A program made the position numbers and the translations under genes. 64,000 nt of DNA from the IMG/VR virus record IMGVR_UViG_3300031952_000010, positions 1-64,000 of that record; one strand, given 5' to 3'. This DNA comes from a virus. Below the pieces are notes generated by a model. The model was not told where the DNA came from. It did not search any database and saw only the letters and a list, made by a program, of their open reading frames with translations. Shown one piece after another: positions 10,862 to 21,283 of the stretch (its first letter is position 1; each line of letters begins with the position of its first letter).

Positions 10862-11611
10862 ATGTTAACAATAATTGAAAATCAAGACTTTAGTGCTAAT
10901 GTATTATCTGATAGTAGCTATGTCGTATTAACTATGGTATTAGTTAATAATAATACAAATGAATTAATATTTAAAACAGAATTTAGAGGGGTATTATCCA
11001 ATTTTACAAGTAAATACGGAGATTTAATACCGTCTATGACTAATGTTGAGGTTTTTTTAGATTTGTACGTTGAGGTAGAAGGTACAAAGTATCATTTTGT
11101 TACAGTATCAAGTGAAAATGAATTGTCATTACAGTTTGAAAAGTTAACTAGAAATCGTTACCCTTATTTATATGAATTAGAAAGTAATATGTTAGAAATA
11201 TCATTAATTGAAGAATCAATTATGAAAGGGATTATTTCATCAACTTGGGAAACTTACACACTTCCATATGAAGAAATTCAGATTAAAATAAATCAGTTAG
11301 ATGCGTTAATTAATTTAAATACCCAAAAATTAAAGTCTTTTAAGTCGATTGCCTCTGATTTAGTTATTAGAGGAACAAATATAAAAGATGACGAATCTAC
11401 CCTAATTAATAAAGGCACATTTTTGGAATCTATGAGTATTATTTATCAAATTATGTTAACTTATGATATATTGTCGGAAAAGATGACATTATCAACAAAT
11501 GAATTTAAAAAATATAACGCAATTAAATCTATGTATAAAAGTGGTAACCTTTATTATAAACTTATGACAGGTAATGATTTACCTGTAAAAAATGGGGATA
11601 AAGAACTTTAA
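10862..11611 (+). CDS. hypothetical protein
   Basis: ORF track. Confidence 0.7.
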   Translation: MLTIIENQDFSANVLSDSSYVVLTMVLVNNNTNELIFKTEFRGVLSNFTSKYGDLIPSMTNVEVFLDLYVEVEGTKYHFVTVSSENELSLQFEKLTRNRYPYLYELESNMLEISLIEESIMKGIISSTWETYTLPYEEIQIKINQLDALINLNTQKLKSFKSIASDLVIRGTNIKDDESTLINKGTFLESMSIIYQIMLTYDILSEKMTLSTNEFKKYNAIKSMYKSGNLYYKLMTGNDLPVKNGDKEL

Positions 11612-11896
11612 ATGGATAAAATTGAATTATTAAAGAAAGTATTATTCAAATTTCATCCTGAAGTTAATTTTATTGTTAGATTTACCAAAAAAGGTTTTTA
11701 CAATATCATTATCAAAGGGGTTAGAGGTATTGAGTACGATGAGGTTCTAATGGAACGAGTTTTTGTCTTTATCCATGCAAACCCAATACAAATTAATTCT
11801 TTTTTAGATAGTATATCGTCTTTTCATCCTGAGGTTAACCGAGGGAATACAATTGTAAAATATTTAATGAACAACGGAAAAGTTGTTACTCTGTAA
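11612..11896 (+). CDS. hypothetical protein
   Basis: N-terminus (KIELLKKVLFKFHPE) resembles 11918. Confidence 0.6.
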   Translation: MDKIELLKKVLFKFHPEVNFIVRFTKKGFYNIIIKGVRGIEYDEVLMERVFVFIHANPIQINSFLDSISSFHPEVNRGNTIVKYLMNNGKVVTL

Positions 11897-11917
11897 TTTT
11901 TTTCATATCTTTACGAT

Positions 11918-12265
11918 GTGAAAGAAATAAAATTAATAGAAACTTTATTAAAAACATTTTACCCAAAATTGGAGTATCATATTCACACGCAATTTAAAAA
12001 TCACGATGATATGAATTATCCTGACAAGTGGGAATATCACATAGAATTTTTAAATATTACCTCAGTTATTTATAACCCAATATACTTTACCCCCATTTAT
12101 AAATTATCCAATGGTGAAAGTTATGATTTAGAAGGTTTGTACACAAAGGTTTATCAATTCTTTCCTAACTTATATAATAAGGTAAATTTTTTATGGGTCG
12201 CGGATAATGGTAATATTAATGGTTTACATAGAACTCGTTTTGAAGAGATGGTTGATATGGTGTGA
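11918..12265 (+). CDS. hypothetical protein
   Basis: GTG 4 nt after TATCTTTA. Confidence 0.6.
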   Translation: MKEIKLIETLLKTFYPKLEYHIHTQFKNHDDMNYPDKWEYHIEFLNITSVIYNPIYFTPIYKLSNGESYDLEGLYTKVYQFFPNLYNKVNFLWVADNGNINGLHRTRFEEMVDMV

Positions 12266-12293
12266 AAACTATACTTACCCACTATTTATTTAA

Positions 12294-12671
12294 ATGGACC
12301 TAATAATTAAACCTCAACAACTTTATGATGCTTTCACATCTATGATGAAGGAGTATTCTGATTTAGAACATTACGAAAGAAGTTATGATTACTATGTTCA
12401 GGATAAAGGTGGGTATGTTGATTTAGATGTTGTTAATTACTGTGTGAGTGTTGACGATGATTATGAGGACGATAATTGGATTTTACAATATCAAGTAGAC
12501 CCTGGTGACCACGGTAAAAATTTTAAATTACCAATATTGAGATATTCGGATTATGAATATCGATTATTAATATCACTGTTAGGTGAAAGTATGTTTGAGG
12601 AATTATTGGGGAAATGGTTTACTAAAACTTATGGATGGCCAGTTAATTCAGTGACACCCGAACAAGACTAA
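12294..12671 (+). CDS. hypothetical protein of the 7499/14251 paralog family
   Basis: LLG...KWF C-terminal pattern. Confidence 0.7.
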   Translation: MDLIIKPQQLYDAFTSMMKEYSDLEHYERSYDYYVQDKGGYVDLDVVNYCVSVDDDYEDDNWILQYQVDPGDHGKNFKLPILRYSDYEYRLLISLLGESMFEELLGKWFTKTYGWPVNSVTPEQD

Positions 12672-12708
12672 TACTTTATTATTAAAATACATTACTTAAA
12701 TTTATATT

Positions 12709-12894
12709 ATGAACGAAACACAGAAAGCAGAATTTTACGGTCAATTATTAAATGACCACACAAGACTACATAATCAAATTCAAGAGATTAAAGGTCAGAA
12801 TTTAGAATTAAACCAAGAACAGATTGGTAAAGTTAGACAGTTAGAGGAAGGTCAGAGAAAAATTATGGCGGCTCTTAATAAATTAATGAGTTAA
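12709..12894 (+). CDS. small coiled-coil protein
   Basis: ORF track. Confidence 0.6.
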   Translation: MNETQKAEFYGQLLNDHTRLHNQIQEIKGQNLELNQEQIGKVRQLEEGQRKIMAALNKLMS

Positions 12895-13223
12895 TCGACT
12901 TTACGATAACCAATAATTTCAGTATTAACATTTGATGGGAACCCAAATACAGGTAACCATGAATTCAAATCAGATTGAATCATTTTTTGAGTCGGTTGAT
13001 TTTCCCATTTAATCATAACTTTAGAGTTAACATTAAATAAAATATCAATAAACACGTGATACATACCACTAGGGTAAAGTTGATGTGATTTTGGTATTGT
13101 CTGTAATTCGTTTAACCCAAACATTATATCTTCAGAATATTTGTGAGCAATTTTTAAACCACCTTCTGATGATAAAAATTTCTCAAACATTTTTAAGGAA
13201 GTTTCTGTACCTATAATATCCAT
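12891..13223 (-). CDS. hypothetical protein
   Basis: ATG 4 nt after TATTTAT (minus strand). Confidence 0.6.
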   Translation of the reverse strand: MDIIGTETSLKMFEKFLSSEGGLKIAHKYSEDIMFGLNELQTIPKSHQLYPSGMYHVFIDILFNVNSKVMIKWENQPTQKMIQSDLNSWLPVFGFPSNVNTEIIGYRKVD

Positions 13224-13288
13224 ATAGATAAATAGTTGTATATTTATGTTTATGGTGTGATATAACAAAATTACCAGTATTTATTAGT

Positions 13289-14248
13289 ATGGAAGTTATT
13301 ATAACAAAAAAACAATTTGATGAGCTATGTGTCTCTGAGGTGTGTATCTCTGAGTTGAAGACTCTATTGAATAATGTTGGTACTAAAAACACTTTCCGTA
13401 AACCTATTGATTTGATGTTAGACAGACATAAAATACCATTGGACAAAGGTTCAAAACAATTCAAAAAAGATAGAACTATCTTAAAACAATACTTTAATTT
13501 TTCTGGTGAAGAAATTGATAAATTAATGGATATTAAAATGATTTATGATGCTAACGGTAAATGGACGCCAATTAACAAATTAAACACCAATTACAGTGAT
13601 TTATCGGTCCTTGTGACTGATATGTTAGTTGGGGAGGGAAAATGTATCTGTAAGATAGTTGAGGACCTTAAAAAGAAGGATAATACCGTTATTTTAGATT
13701 TGGCAAATAGAATGACAAAAGAACCTGAACATTTTTACCAAACTTATCTTAAAGGTAATTTTGACAAATATATTGAGAACAACAGGAGAAACACATTGAA
13801 GGGTAATGAAACTGAATTGTTTGTTGTTGATGAATTAGTTAAGTTAGGTTATAAAATCATTTTCATTGCTGATGAAGGTAGCCCAATCGATACCAAGTTA
13901 AGTGTTGATATTATTATGGAAAAAGATGGGAAGGCGTTTAAGTTCCAAGTTAAATCTATTGGTAGTATTACTGAAATAAATGAAACTCCTTGTGACATTT
14001 CAAATCCTGGTATAAAAGAACCAGGTGGATTTAAAGTCTTCAAAAAAAATAGAATTAATTTTAATGATTTATATATTGATTATTTAGTATTTGTTGCCCC
14101 AAAAAATAAAATGTTGGTGATGAAAAGATACCAACCTATTACTATCGACAGTATTAAACCATTGGTTTGTTCTGCAAAACCAATTAATGAATTCCCAAAA
14201 AATAATACCTATATTGACCCTGAATCTGTGGTTTATCAAAATTTTTAA
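13289..14248 (+). CDS. putative PD-(D/E)XK nuclease-fold protein
   Basis: GNETE...VDIIMEKDG...FQVKS pattern. Confidence 0.5.
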   Translation: MEVIITKKQFDELCVSEVCISELKTLLNNVGTKNTFRKPIDLMLDRHKIPLDKGSKQFKKDRTILKQYFNFSGEEIDKLMDIKMIYDANGKWTPINKLNTNYSDLSVLVTDMLVGEGKCICKIVEDLKKKDNTVILDLANRMTKEPEHFYQTYLKGNFDKYIENNRRNTLKGNETELFVVDELVKLGYKIIFIADEGSPIDTKLSVDIIMEKDGKAFKFQVKSIGSITEINETPCDISNPGIKEPGGFKVFKKNRINFNDLYIDYLVFVAPKNKMLVMKRYQPITIDSIKPLVCSAKPINEFPKNNTYIDPESVVYQNF

Positions 14249-14250
14249 TA

Positions 14251-14625
14251 ATGGAAATTAAGATACAAGAAACTAGATTGAACGATATTATTAATAAACA
14301 ATTTGACAGTATGTTTGATGTTTATAATCTCCATTGGACGATGGTAGAGGATGATTATGGTAATGAAACTGATGATGCTGCAGTATTTTACTTAGGTGAT
14401 TACGGTGATGACGAAGTTTTATTTAGGTGGTATGGTGAAAATTATTGGATTACGGATAAAATGAGGAATGTTAATCATGTTTTATTGGCAAAATCACCAA
14501 TTTTAGAATTTGAGGATTTACAAAAAAAAGAACTGTTAGATAACATGTTTGGGGATAGATGGGAAAAACCATTTAAAATTTGGTTTGATAAACATTTTGA
14601 TATTAAGATTAAAACAATAGAATAA
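14251..14625 (+). CDS. leader-motif protein of the 7499 family
   Basis: MEIKIQE; MFGDRWEKPFKIWF. Confidence 0.7.
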   Translation: MEIKIQETRLNDIINKQFDSMFDVYNLHWTMVEDDYGNETDDAAVFYLGDYGDDEVLFRWYGENYWITDKMRNVNHVLLAKSPILEFEDLQKKELLDNMFGDRWEKPFKIWFDKHFDIKIKTIE

Positions 14626-14626
14626 T

Positions 14627-15124
14627 ATGTCACAGGCAAAAAGAGATAATAATTTTACTGAAAAACAACTTAGAGGTCTTGACATGGTTATGAATAAACT
14701 TATGAAAAAATACTCATTTATTAAAGGTTGGAAAACATCGCCAGTATATAAAAACTATGCGGTTACTTTATATATGGATTTATATGTTGATTTTTTTGAA
14801 CTTGCCAACAAACATGGTTATGGTGTTTTAAACTATTGGAAAAATGATTTATTACAAGAGCCTGAAAAAAATGCCGTTGGTGCTATATCAGCATATATAG
14901 GTAATAAAGATGGAACTTCACTTAGTTGGGATACACCCGAAAGAGAAGAATCGTTTAACACATACTATGAACTTGGTAAAGAAATTAGAGAATATGTTAA
15001 TAATTTATACATCCATTTACCTGAAGAATATATTATAAATTGGGAGTCAAGTTTTTCATCCCTTGTAGGTGATAATTTAATACCAGTTTCGATTTCCTTT
15101 GATAATTATATACAAAAGAATTAA
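14627..15124 (+). CDS. hypothetical protein
   Basis: ORF track. Confidence 0.7.
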   Translation: MSQAKRDNNFTEKQLRGLDMVMNKLMKKYSFIKGWKTSPVYKNYAVTLYMDLYVDFFELANKHGYGVLNYWKNDLLQEPEKNAVGAISAYIGNKDGTSLSWDTPEREESFNTYYELGKEIREYVNNLYIHLPEEYIINWESSFSSLVGDNLIPVSISFDNYIQKN

Positions 15125-15126
15125 CT

Positions 15127-15573
15127 ATGAATAGAAGTTTTACAAAACAAAGAAAAATACAAGAAGCCAATATGTTATTGGAAAATAGATTCTTGATTAA
15201 AGAACGTAGAGAAGAAAGAGATAAAGACTCAAATAACTGGTATACCGCTCAAGACCCAACATCTAAAAAGTGGAAGATATTCGTACAAACATTTAGTCCT
15301 AAACAAGATAAAGACCCTTCTAAAACACCAAATGACCCATTATTTAAGGATTATACTAAATATTGGGTTGAATATAGTACGGAAGCAAACGCGGACGCGG
15401 CCTTGGTTAATTTAATGTCTGACATGAAATCAGGTAAAAAATCAGAATCTAATGTAACTACGACAACCACCACATCTTCTTCGGTAACCACAAATACGAC
15501 TACGGTAGCCCCTCAATCGGATAGTTCAAACGAAGTTAATTCTTACCTTACAAATATTTTAGGGTTAAATTAA
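15127..15573 (+). CDS. hypothetical protein with Thr/Ser-rich tail
   Basis: IQEANMLLENR N-terminus; TTTTTTSSS. Confidence 0.7.
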   Translation: MNRSFTKQRKIQEANMLLENRFLIKERREERDKDSNNWYTAQDPTSKKWKIFVQTFSPKQDKDPSKTPNDPLFKDYTKYWVEYSTEANADAALVNLMSDMKSGKKSESNVTTTTTTSSSVTTNTTTVAPQSDSSNEVNSYLTNILGLN

Positions 15574-15618
15574 TTGGTTTTATCTAAGAATATTCGTATC
15601 TTATAAAAAAATTGATAT

Positions 15619-15885
15619 ATGAAGAAAATATTTTATTTATTACCCGTATTGTTTTTAACAAATTGTATTACAAAACCAAAGATTAATAAATACGATTTGG
15701 TTAAAAAATGTACCGTTGATAGTGTGGTTCGGAAACCTCAAATTTCAACTTTGGATTTTGAACCAAGTTATTACGTTTACACCAGTTGTGGGGACAAATA
15801 CACAACTAAACGTAGTGGTATTCACAAAATAGGTGACACAATAACTTGTGTTTATAAAGGTTATTATCTTAAAAATAAAGATTAA
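15619..15885 (+). CDS. putative lipoprotein
   Basis: MKK-hydrophobic-LTNC. Confidence 0.55.
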   Translation: MKKIFYLLPVLFLTNCITKPKINKYDLVKKCTVDSVVRKPQISTLDFEPSYYVYTSCGDKYTTKRSGIHKIGDTITCVYKGYYLKNKD

Positions 15886-15917
15886 AAAAAAACACCTAAT
15901 TAATAGGTGTTTTTTTG

Positions 15918-16589
15918 TTACTTCTTACTGATAACAACCTCATCAATAATACCGTACTTCAAAGCTTCCCCACTACTCAACCACAAATCTCGAGACGCGT
16001 CTTTCATAACCTGAGCAGGTTTCTTACCACAGTATTGTCCAAGTAAGTCAAATAATGTTTGGTTAATTTTTTTCCATTCAACCATATCAATTTCTGCATC
16101 TTGAATGTTACCTCTAAAACCTCCTGAGGATTGGTGTAACATTGTTCTTGAGAAACGTAATGATGAACGTTTACCTTTGGTACCTGCACCTAATAAGATT
16201 GAACCCATCGATGCTGCCATTCCTGTGTTTACAGTTCTAATATCACATTTGATATAGTCCATAACATCAACCATTGATAATCCTGACTTAACTGAACCAC
16301 CTGGTGAATCAATGTGCATTGTAATGTCAACCTTATCAACAGAATCCAAATACATTAATTGAGCTTGAACCACTGTTGACATATTATCATTAACTTCTCC
16401 AGCCACCCATAGTAATCTATCTCTCATTAATCGAGAAAAGATATCCATTTGGGTTACTCTCATCTCTCTTTCCTCCAAAATATAGGGGGTCATCGAGGAT
16501 TCTATTTGTTTCTCAACATAATGTAAATTCATTGATGAAACACCATGGTCACTCAACGCATACTTTTTAAAATCTTTTCCTAAATCCAT
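15918..16589 (-). CDS. clpP: ATP-dependent Clp protease proteolytic subunit
   Basis: DIFSRL, IDSPGGSV, GMAASMG, HQ, RDLWLS...YGIID. Confidence 0.95.
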   Translation of the reverse strand: MDLGKDFKKYALSDHGVSSMNLHYVEKQIESSMTPYILEEREMRVTQMDIFSRLMRDRLLWVAGEVNDNMSTVVQAQLMYLDSVDKVDITMHIDSPGGSVKSGLSMVDVMDYIKCDIRTVNTGMAASMGSILLGAGTKGKRSSLRFSRTMLHQSSGGFRGNIQDAEIDMVEWKKINQTLFDLLGQYCGKKPAQVMKDASRDLWLSSGEALKYGIIDEVVISKK

Positions 16590-16673
16590 TCTTTAATTAG
16601 TTTTTTTAAATGATAAACAATTTTAGTTATAAATTCAAATAAAAAAGTCGGACTTTCACCCGACTTTAATATT

Positions 16674-16907
16674 TTAGAGACCGTATTCTAATTGGTATTT
16701 CTCACCAAGTAATTCTTTGGCCTTAGCAACTGCTAATTCTTTAGTCTTTAACCCTTTTTCCTTTAATTTTTTTGCGTGATATAAACAATAATCTGTTGAT
16801 GTAACAGTTTGTTTAGTGTTTACAGTTTTCACTGTGTCTTTTGCATAAACATCGTAAAATCCAACTTTACAAATGTAACGCCCACGTAATCCTCCTTTTG
16901 TTGCCAT
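16674..16907 (-). CDS. small basic hypothetical protein
   Basis: ORF track. Confidence 0.65.
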   Translation of the reverse strand: MATKGGLRGRYICKVGFYDVYAKDTVKTVNTKQTVTSTDYCLYHAKKLKEKGLKTKELAVAKAKELLGEKYQLEYGL

Positions 16908-17167
16908 TTTTTTTTCTTTTATTTTGGTTTAACTTATTTTTAACTCTACAAACTTACGTCAAAAAATCTAATTAAACAACTTTTTTTCTAAAAATTTTAA
17001 ATAATTTTATCTTACGTTTCTTTTTATTTACGTTTGGTTTTTTTTGTTCAGGGGCAACCTCAACTCTATTATTAATAGTTAGTATCGGTTCTTTCTCACA
17101 CGAACTTATTAATAATGTAAATAATAAAACTAAAACGATACTACGACTTCCCACTTTAACCACCCGA

Positions 17168-17698
17168 TTATAAATTCTTAAATTGTTTAAATCTATAGTT
17201 AAGAACACCATTAAACCCAAATCCTGGATTAATTGCGTAATTGTAATTTGCCGTTAATCTAAATTGTAGATTACCACTTTTAGACAATTTAATTTTCTTA
17301 TAATAAAAAGATAATGACATTTGTGGAATAAATTCTGTTTTTGGGTAATACCCCATAAAACCAATAGGTGATATCACCATGTCAAATTTTTTAAATCTAC
17401 GACCGAAATCAAGTTGTGATGTTAGTATTGAATTAGGAGTTTGCATTACCATATCTTGACCTTGTCGTGACATAACTAAAGAATAAGAACCGTTGAAATG
17501 AATTATTAATGGGTATTTGTTATCGGTGATTTCTATCTCACCCGACATCCCTATAATGGGACTACGTAGAAAACTGTTTACTCCGCCTATACCTGACAAC
17601 CAAACTTTACGGTGTGTTGTATCTATTGGAGTGGGTTGACCACTTATTGGTAATATACTAATAAGGAATATTGTAAGTAAAAGAATTGATTGTTTCAT
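17168..17698 (-). CDS. secreted or outer-membrane beta-rich protein
   Basis: signal peptide MKQSILLL...; alternating beta pattern ending LNYRF. Confidence 0.5.
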   Translation of the reverse strand: MKQSILLLTIFLISILPISGQPTPIDTTHRKVWLSGIGGVNSFLRSPIIGMSGEIEITDNKYPLIIHFNGSYSLVMSRQGQDMVMQTPNSILTSQLDFGRRFKKFDMVISPIGFMGYYPKTEFIPQMSLSFYYKKIKLSKSGNLQFRLTANYNYAINPGFGFNGVLNYRFKQFKNL

Positions 17699-17788
17699 CA
17701 ACATATATATTAACAATTGGGTTATTTAAGTATACAATAAAATTTAATTTTTTATTGATTAAACCATAAAAATCTTCTAAATTTGGTT

Positions 17789-18025
17789 ATGAAACGTGAT
17801 ATGTTTGAAAAAATGATTACCAAACTGTTTCCCGACCAAAAAATCGAGGTAGTTAGTTATGAAGTTTTATTAAAAAATAAATTGGATGAGAATGGTGAAT
17901 GGGTTTTAGATACTCCTGCAGTTTTTGTTGATATCAGATGTGAAGATTTTGACAATAAAGGTTTGTATTTAACCGACTATTTCACTAATTTTACAGGACA
18001 CGAATTTGCAATAAATAAAGTATAG
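17789..18025 (+). CDS. hypothetical protein
   Basis: ATG after TAAATTTG. Confidence 0.6.
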   Translation: MKRDMFEKMITKLFPDQKIEVVSYEVLLKNKLDENGEWVLDTPAVFVDIRCEDFDNKGLYLTDYFTNFTGHEFAINKV

Positions 18026-18027
18026 GT

Positions 18028-18213
18028 ATGAAATGGTTTTTTGAAACGTCAGGATTGGTAAAAATTAATGGTATGATATGGATTATACCATGTGTTAGTA
18101 TTTGGTATGACAGTCAAAGATTTCTTGAGACTGGTGTGTACACTAAATCATTTGGTATACAAGTATCATTTTTAAGATGGGCTTGGGGAGCTTACGCACA
18201 ACAAGGTTATTAG
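18028..18213 (+). CDS. small Trp-rich protein
   Basis: ORF track; operonic spacing. Confidence 0.55.
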   Translation: MKWFFETSGLVKINGMIWIIPCVSIWYDSQRFLETGVYTKSFGIQVSFLRWAWGAYAQQGY

Positions 18214-18214
18214 T

Positions 18215-18610
18215 ATGAAGAAAAACCCCGATTTAATTGTTTGGTCAGAAGAAAATGGGTATGATGCTAAGTTTAAAGAATACCCAACAAATATTGGTGC
18301 CCCATCATTCCAATTACCAAACGTATCTTTAATTAGAACTCAGGCATCTAAAAAAATGATGGACGTGTTTGAAAGGGAGAAGTTAGAACTGATTGAAAGA
18401 GCGGAAAAACTCACCAACGAATTTAACGATTCTTTAATGGTGTGGGAATCTAAAATATCGTTTGACCCTATCGTAGGAAAAACCTATTATTTATACGACT
18501 TTGGTGGTGTAAAGACATTAAGTCTCATTTCACCCCAAGAATGGAGTAAAAATGACTGTTTTATAGGTAGTTTTACGTTAAATTCGGATAATAAATGGTT
18601 AAGAAATTAA
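18215..18610 (+). CDS. DUF2452-like protein
   Basis: YPTNIGAPSF...FDPIVGKTYYLY...LSLISPQEW. Confidence 0.65.
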   Translation: MKKNPDLIVWSEENGYDAKFKEYPTNIGAPSFQLPNVSLIRTQASKKMMDVFEREKLELIERAEKLTNEFNDSLMVWESKISFDPIVGKTYYLYDFGGVKTLSLISPQEWSKNDCFIGSFTLNSDNKWLRN

Positions 18611-18614
18611 AAAT

Positions 18615-19802
18615 ATGAACAATATAGATAAAAAATACCAAGAGTTACTTCAAGACATTTTAGGTAACGGTATAAAGAAAAAAGACAGAACGGGTACAGG
18701 TACCATTTCAGTATTTGGTAGACAAATCCGTCATAAAATGAGTGAAGGGTTTCCATTACTTACAACTAAAAAAATGCCATTCAAAACAATCACAACAGAA
18801 TTGTTATGGTTCCTTCAAGGCAACACAAACATCAAATATCTTGTTGATAACAATTGTCATATTTGGGATGGTGATGCGTATAAGAATTATCTACATAAAG
18901 TTATTCGTGATAAAGACATTCTACATTATCTAAAATCATATTCAGTAGACGCCAATGGTGTGCCAACTATTGAACCTTATTCTCAAGAAGAATTCATCAA
19001 CAAAATTAAAACAGATGATAAGTTTGCTAAGAAGTGGGGTGAGTTAGGTCCAATTTATGGTAAGCAATGGAGAAGTTGGGGTAGAAAAAATGTAGTAAAT
19101 TATGATTTAGAAAATGTAAAAAGTTCTGACCAAGTTAAGGTTATGGACTTAATTCGTAATGATGGTGATTATAGTAAATATGATGTTAAAGTAACGTACC
19201 AAAATAATTCAATAGACCAAATCGCAAATCTAATCAACGAACTTAAAACAAATCCAGACTCAAGACGATTAATGGTTAATGCTTGGAATGTGGGTGATTT
19301 GGATAAAATGACTTTACCACCTTGTCATTATGGATTTCAAGTTTATACAAGAGAATTAAAGAAGTTAGAACGAATAAACATTGCTATTGAAAGAAAACTA
19401 ACACATGAAACGGCTCATTTAACCAAAGACTTTGATTACCAAAAATGGTGTGATGAACAAAATATCCCAACCAGAGCAATCTCTTTAATGTTTAATATGA
19501 GAAGTACCGACGTAGGATTGGGGTTGAGTTTCAATTTATCATCATACGGATTATTATTGATGATGATTGCTAAACAAGTTAATATGGTTCCTGACGAATT
19601 GATTTACAATGGCGGAGACGTTCATTTATATCTTAATCACATTGAACCGATTAAAGAACAATTAATAAGAGAACCATATGAATTACCTATTCTAAAATTA
19701 TCCGATAGAGTCGTTAATGATATTTCGGAATATACTTTGGATGATATTAAACTTGAAGGTTACCAGTCACATCCGACAATAAAATTACCACTTTCTAATT
19801 GA
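18615..19802 (+). CDS. thyA: thymidylate synthase with insertions
   Basis: DRTGTGT, FPLLTTKK, ELLWFL, LPPCH, RSTD, GDVHLYLNH. Confidence 0.95.
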   Translation: MNNIDKKYQELLQDILGNGIKKKDRTGTGTISVFGRQIRHKMSEGFPLLTTKKMPFKTITTELLWFLQGNTNIKYLVDNNCHIWDGDAYKNYLHKVIRDKDILHYLKSYSVDANGVPTIEPYSQEEFINKIKTDDKFAKKWGELGPIYGKQWRSWGRKNVVNYDLENVKSSDQVKVMDLIRNDGDYSKYDVKVTYQNNSIDQIANLINELKTNPDSRRLMVNAWNVGDLDKMTLPPCHYGFQVYTRELKKLERINIAIERKLTHETAHLTKDFDYQKWCDEQNIPTRAISLMFNMRSTDVGLGLSFNLSSYGLLLMMIAKQVNMVPDELIYNGGDVHLYLNHIEPIKEQLIREPYELPILKLSDRVVNDISEYTLDDIKLEGYQSHPTIKLPLSN

Positions 19803-19808
19803 TTAATT

Positions 19809-20351
19809 ATGAAAAAATTAATTGACGTATTAACAGAGGCAACAGGACAAACATTTGACTATGGTTGTGTTATGTTGTATTTCTCATTTCTTGAGATAAA
19901 TAAAATTCACGATATAATCAATCCTAAAGACATTTACACCGAAGAGGGTGATAGGTCATTTGGATTAGAAGATGAACCCCATACAACCCTCCTATTTGGG
20001 TTACACGAAGGTGTCACAACTCAAGACGTTCAGAGTGTTTTGGATAAATTTAAATATGGTACTTGTACTATCGGTAACGCATCTTTATTTGAGAACAAAG
20101 ATTATGATGTTCTTAAGTTTGACGTGAGGGGTAAAAACCTACATGAAACTAATAAACTGTTGAAGGAGTTCCCATACACAAATAGTTTCCCTGACTACCA
20201 TCCACATTTAACTATCGGGTATTTAATACCAGGTACTGGTAAAAAATATACTAAAGATTTAAGTGGTGTTCAGTTTTCTTTAACTCCTGAATATGCGGTT
20301 TATTCAAAACCTGACGGAGAAAAAGTTAAAATAAAAATTAATGTAGGTTAA
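19809..20351 (+). CDS. 2H phosphoesterase, Acb1/T4 gp57B-like
   Basis: two HxT motifs: EPHTTLL and YHPHLTIGY. Confidence 0.7.
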   Translation: MKKLIDVLTEATGQTFDYGCVMLYFSFLEINKIHDIINPKDIYTEEGDRSFGLEDEPHTTLLFGLHEGVTTQDVQSVLDKFKYGTCTIGNASLFENKDYDVLKFDVRGKNLHETNKLLKEFPYTNSFPDYHPHLTIGYLIPGTGKKYTKDLSGVQFSLTPEYAVYSKPDGEKVKIKINVG

Positions 20352-20606
20352 ATGATAATACATATTTTGGTTGAGGAATTTGAAGAGGAGTTTAAGACTC
20401 CATGGAAAGCGGGATTGATTAACTCACCAGCAATAGATTATGCGACCAATGCAATACACGGATGGTTTGAAGGTAAAGATAGTATTATTTTTAAATTTAA
20501 AGATTATGGATTTATCAATGATAATCGATTTTGTACTTATAACTTATCATCAGGCGCTGCAGGAATAACAATACAAATAATTAAAACAAGAGAAGATGTT
20601 AATTAA
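20352..20606 (+). CDS. hypothetical protein
   Basis: ORF track. Confidence 0.6.
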   Translation: MIIHILVEEFEEEFKTPWKAGLINSPAIDYATNAIHGWFEGKDSIIFKFKDYGFINDNRFCTYNLSSGAAGITIQIIKTREDVN

Positions 20607-21282
20607 AAATAAAACACCATATATTGGTAAACTTAAATTAAAATTTGAAAAATATCCTGAGTATTCGGGGAGAAGTGTTTTAAACAATGTGCACCTTAAT
20701 TTGGGGTTTACTAAGTTGGTATCTCGTATGACACCAAGACAAACTTTGGAAGGAGGTCCAAGTAATATTGACCCAAATAAAATTGAATTGATTGAGAAAT
20801 ACACTGAGGGTGTTATTGGGGTTCATAAGTTTGGACCTGACAATGAGTATGTTTTGGAGAATTCTTTTCTAACTAAAGATGGTGTATACATTGGGGATAT
20901 TAAACGAGCTTGGTGGTATTACAATAAAAATATGAAAGTATGTAATGACTACCCTCACGGTGTTGCTGAAGTATATGAAGGACAAACTTTAATAGGTTAT
21001 TATGGATATACCCATAGAGGTGGCTCTATGTTTAAAATTGGTGATAGATTGTTTGATGAATCATATGTACCAAAGGAAGATGATTATGAAGAATGGGAAT
21101 GGGAAGGTTACAAACAAAAGTTTATGGAATCTTATAAAAAATCAGATGATTTTGACCAAGAGTGGTTGTTTAATGATGGAGTTGCATCGGTTGTACCGTT
21201 CAAAAAAAGAGGATGTAAAATAATTGAGAATTGGTCGGAAGTTAAAGAGGCCGCAATAAATATGTCTAAATACCTCTCTTAA
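20596..21282 (+). CDS. hypothetical phage protein
   Basis: YYGYTHRGG..FKIGD. Confidence 0.7.
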   Translation: MLIKNKTPYIGKLKLKFEKYPEYSGRSVLNNVHLNLGFTKLVSRMTPRQTLEGGPSNIDPNKIELIEKYTEGVIGVHKFGPDNEYVLENSFLTKDGVYIGDIKRAWWYYNKNMKVCNDYPHGVAEVYEGQTLIGYYGYTHRGGSMFKIGDRLFDESYVPKEDDYEEWEWEGYKQKFMESYKKSDDFDQEWLFNDGVASVVPFKKRGCKIIENWSEVKEAAINMSKYLS

Positions 21283-21283
21283 A

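Noticed and set aside
18615-19802. Intron or intein in the long thyA
   Set aside because: The frame is continuous and the insertions are short, with no intein C-terminal HN-C/S/T signature recognised.
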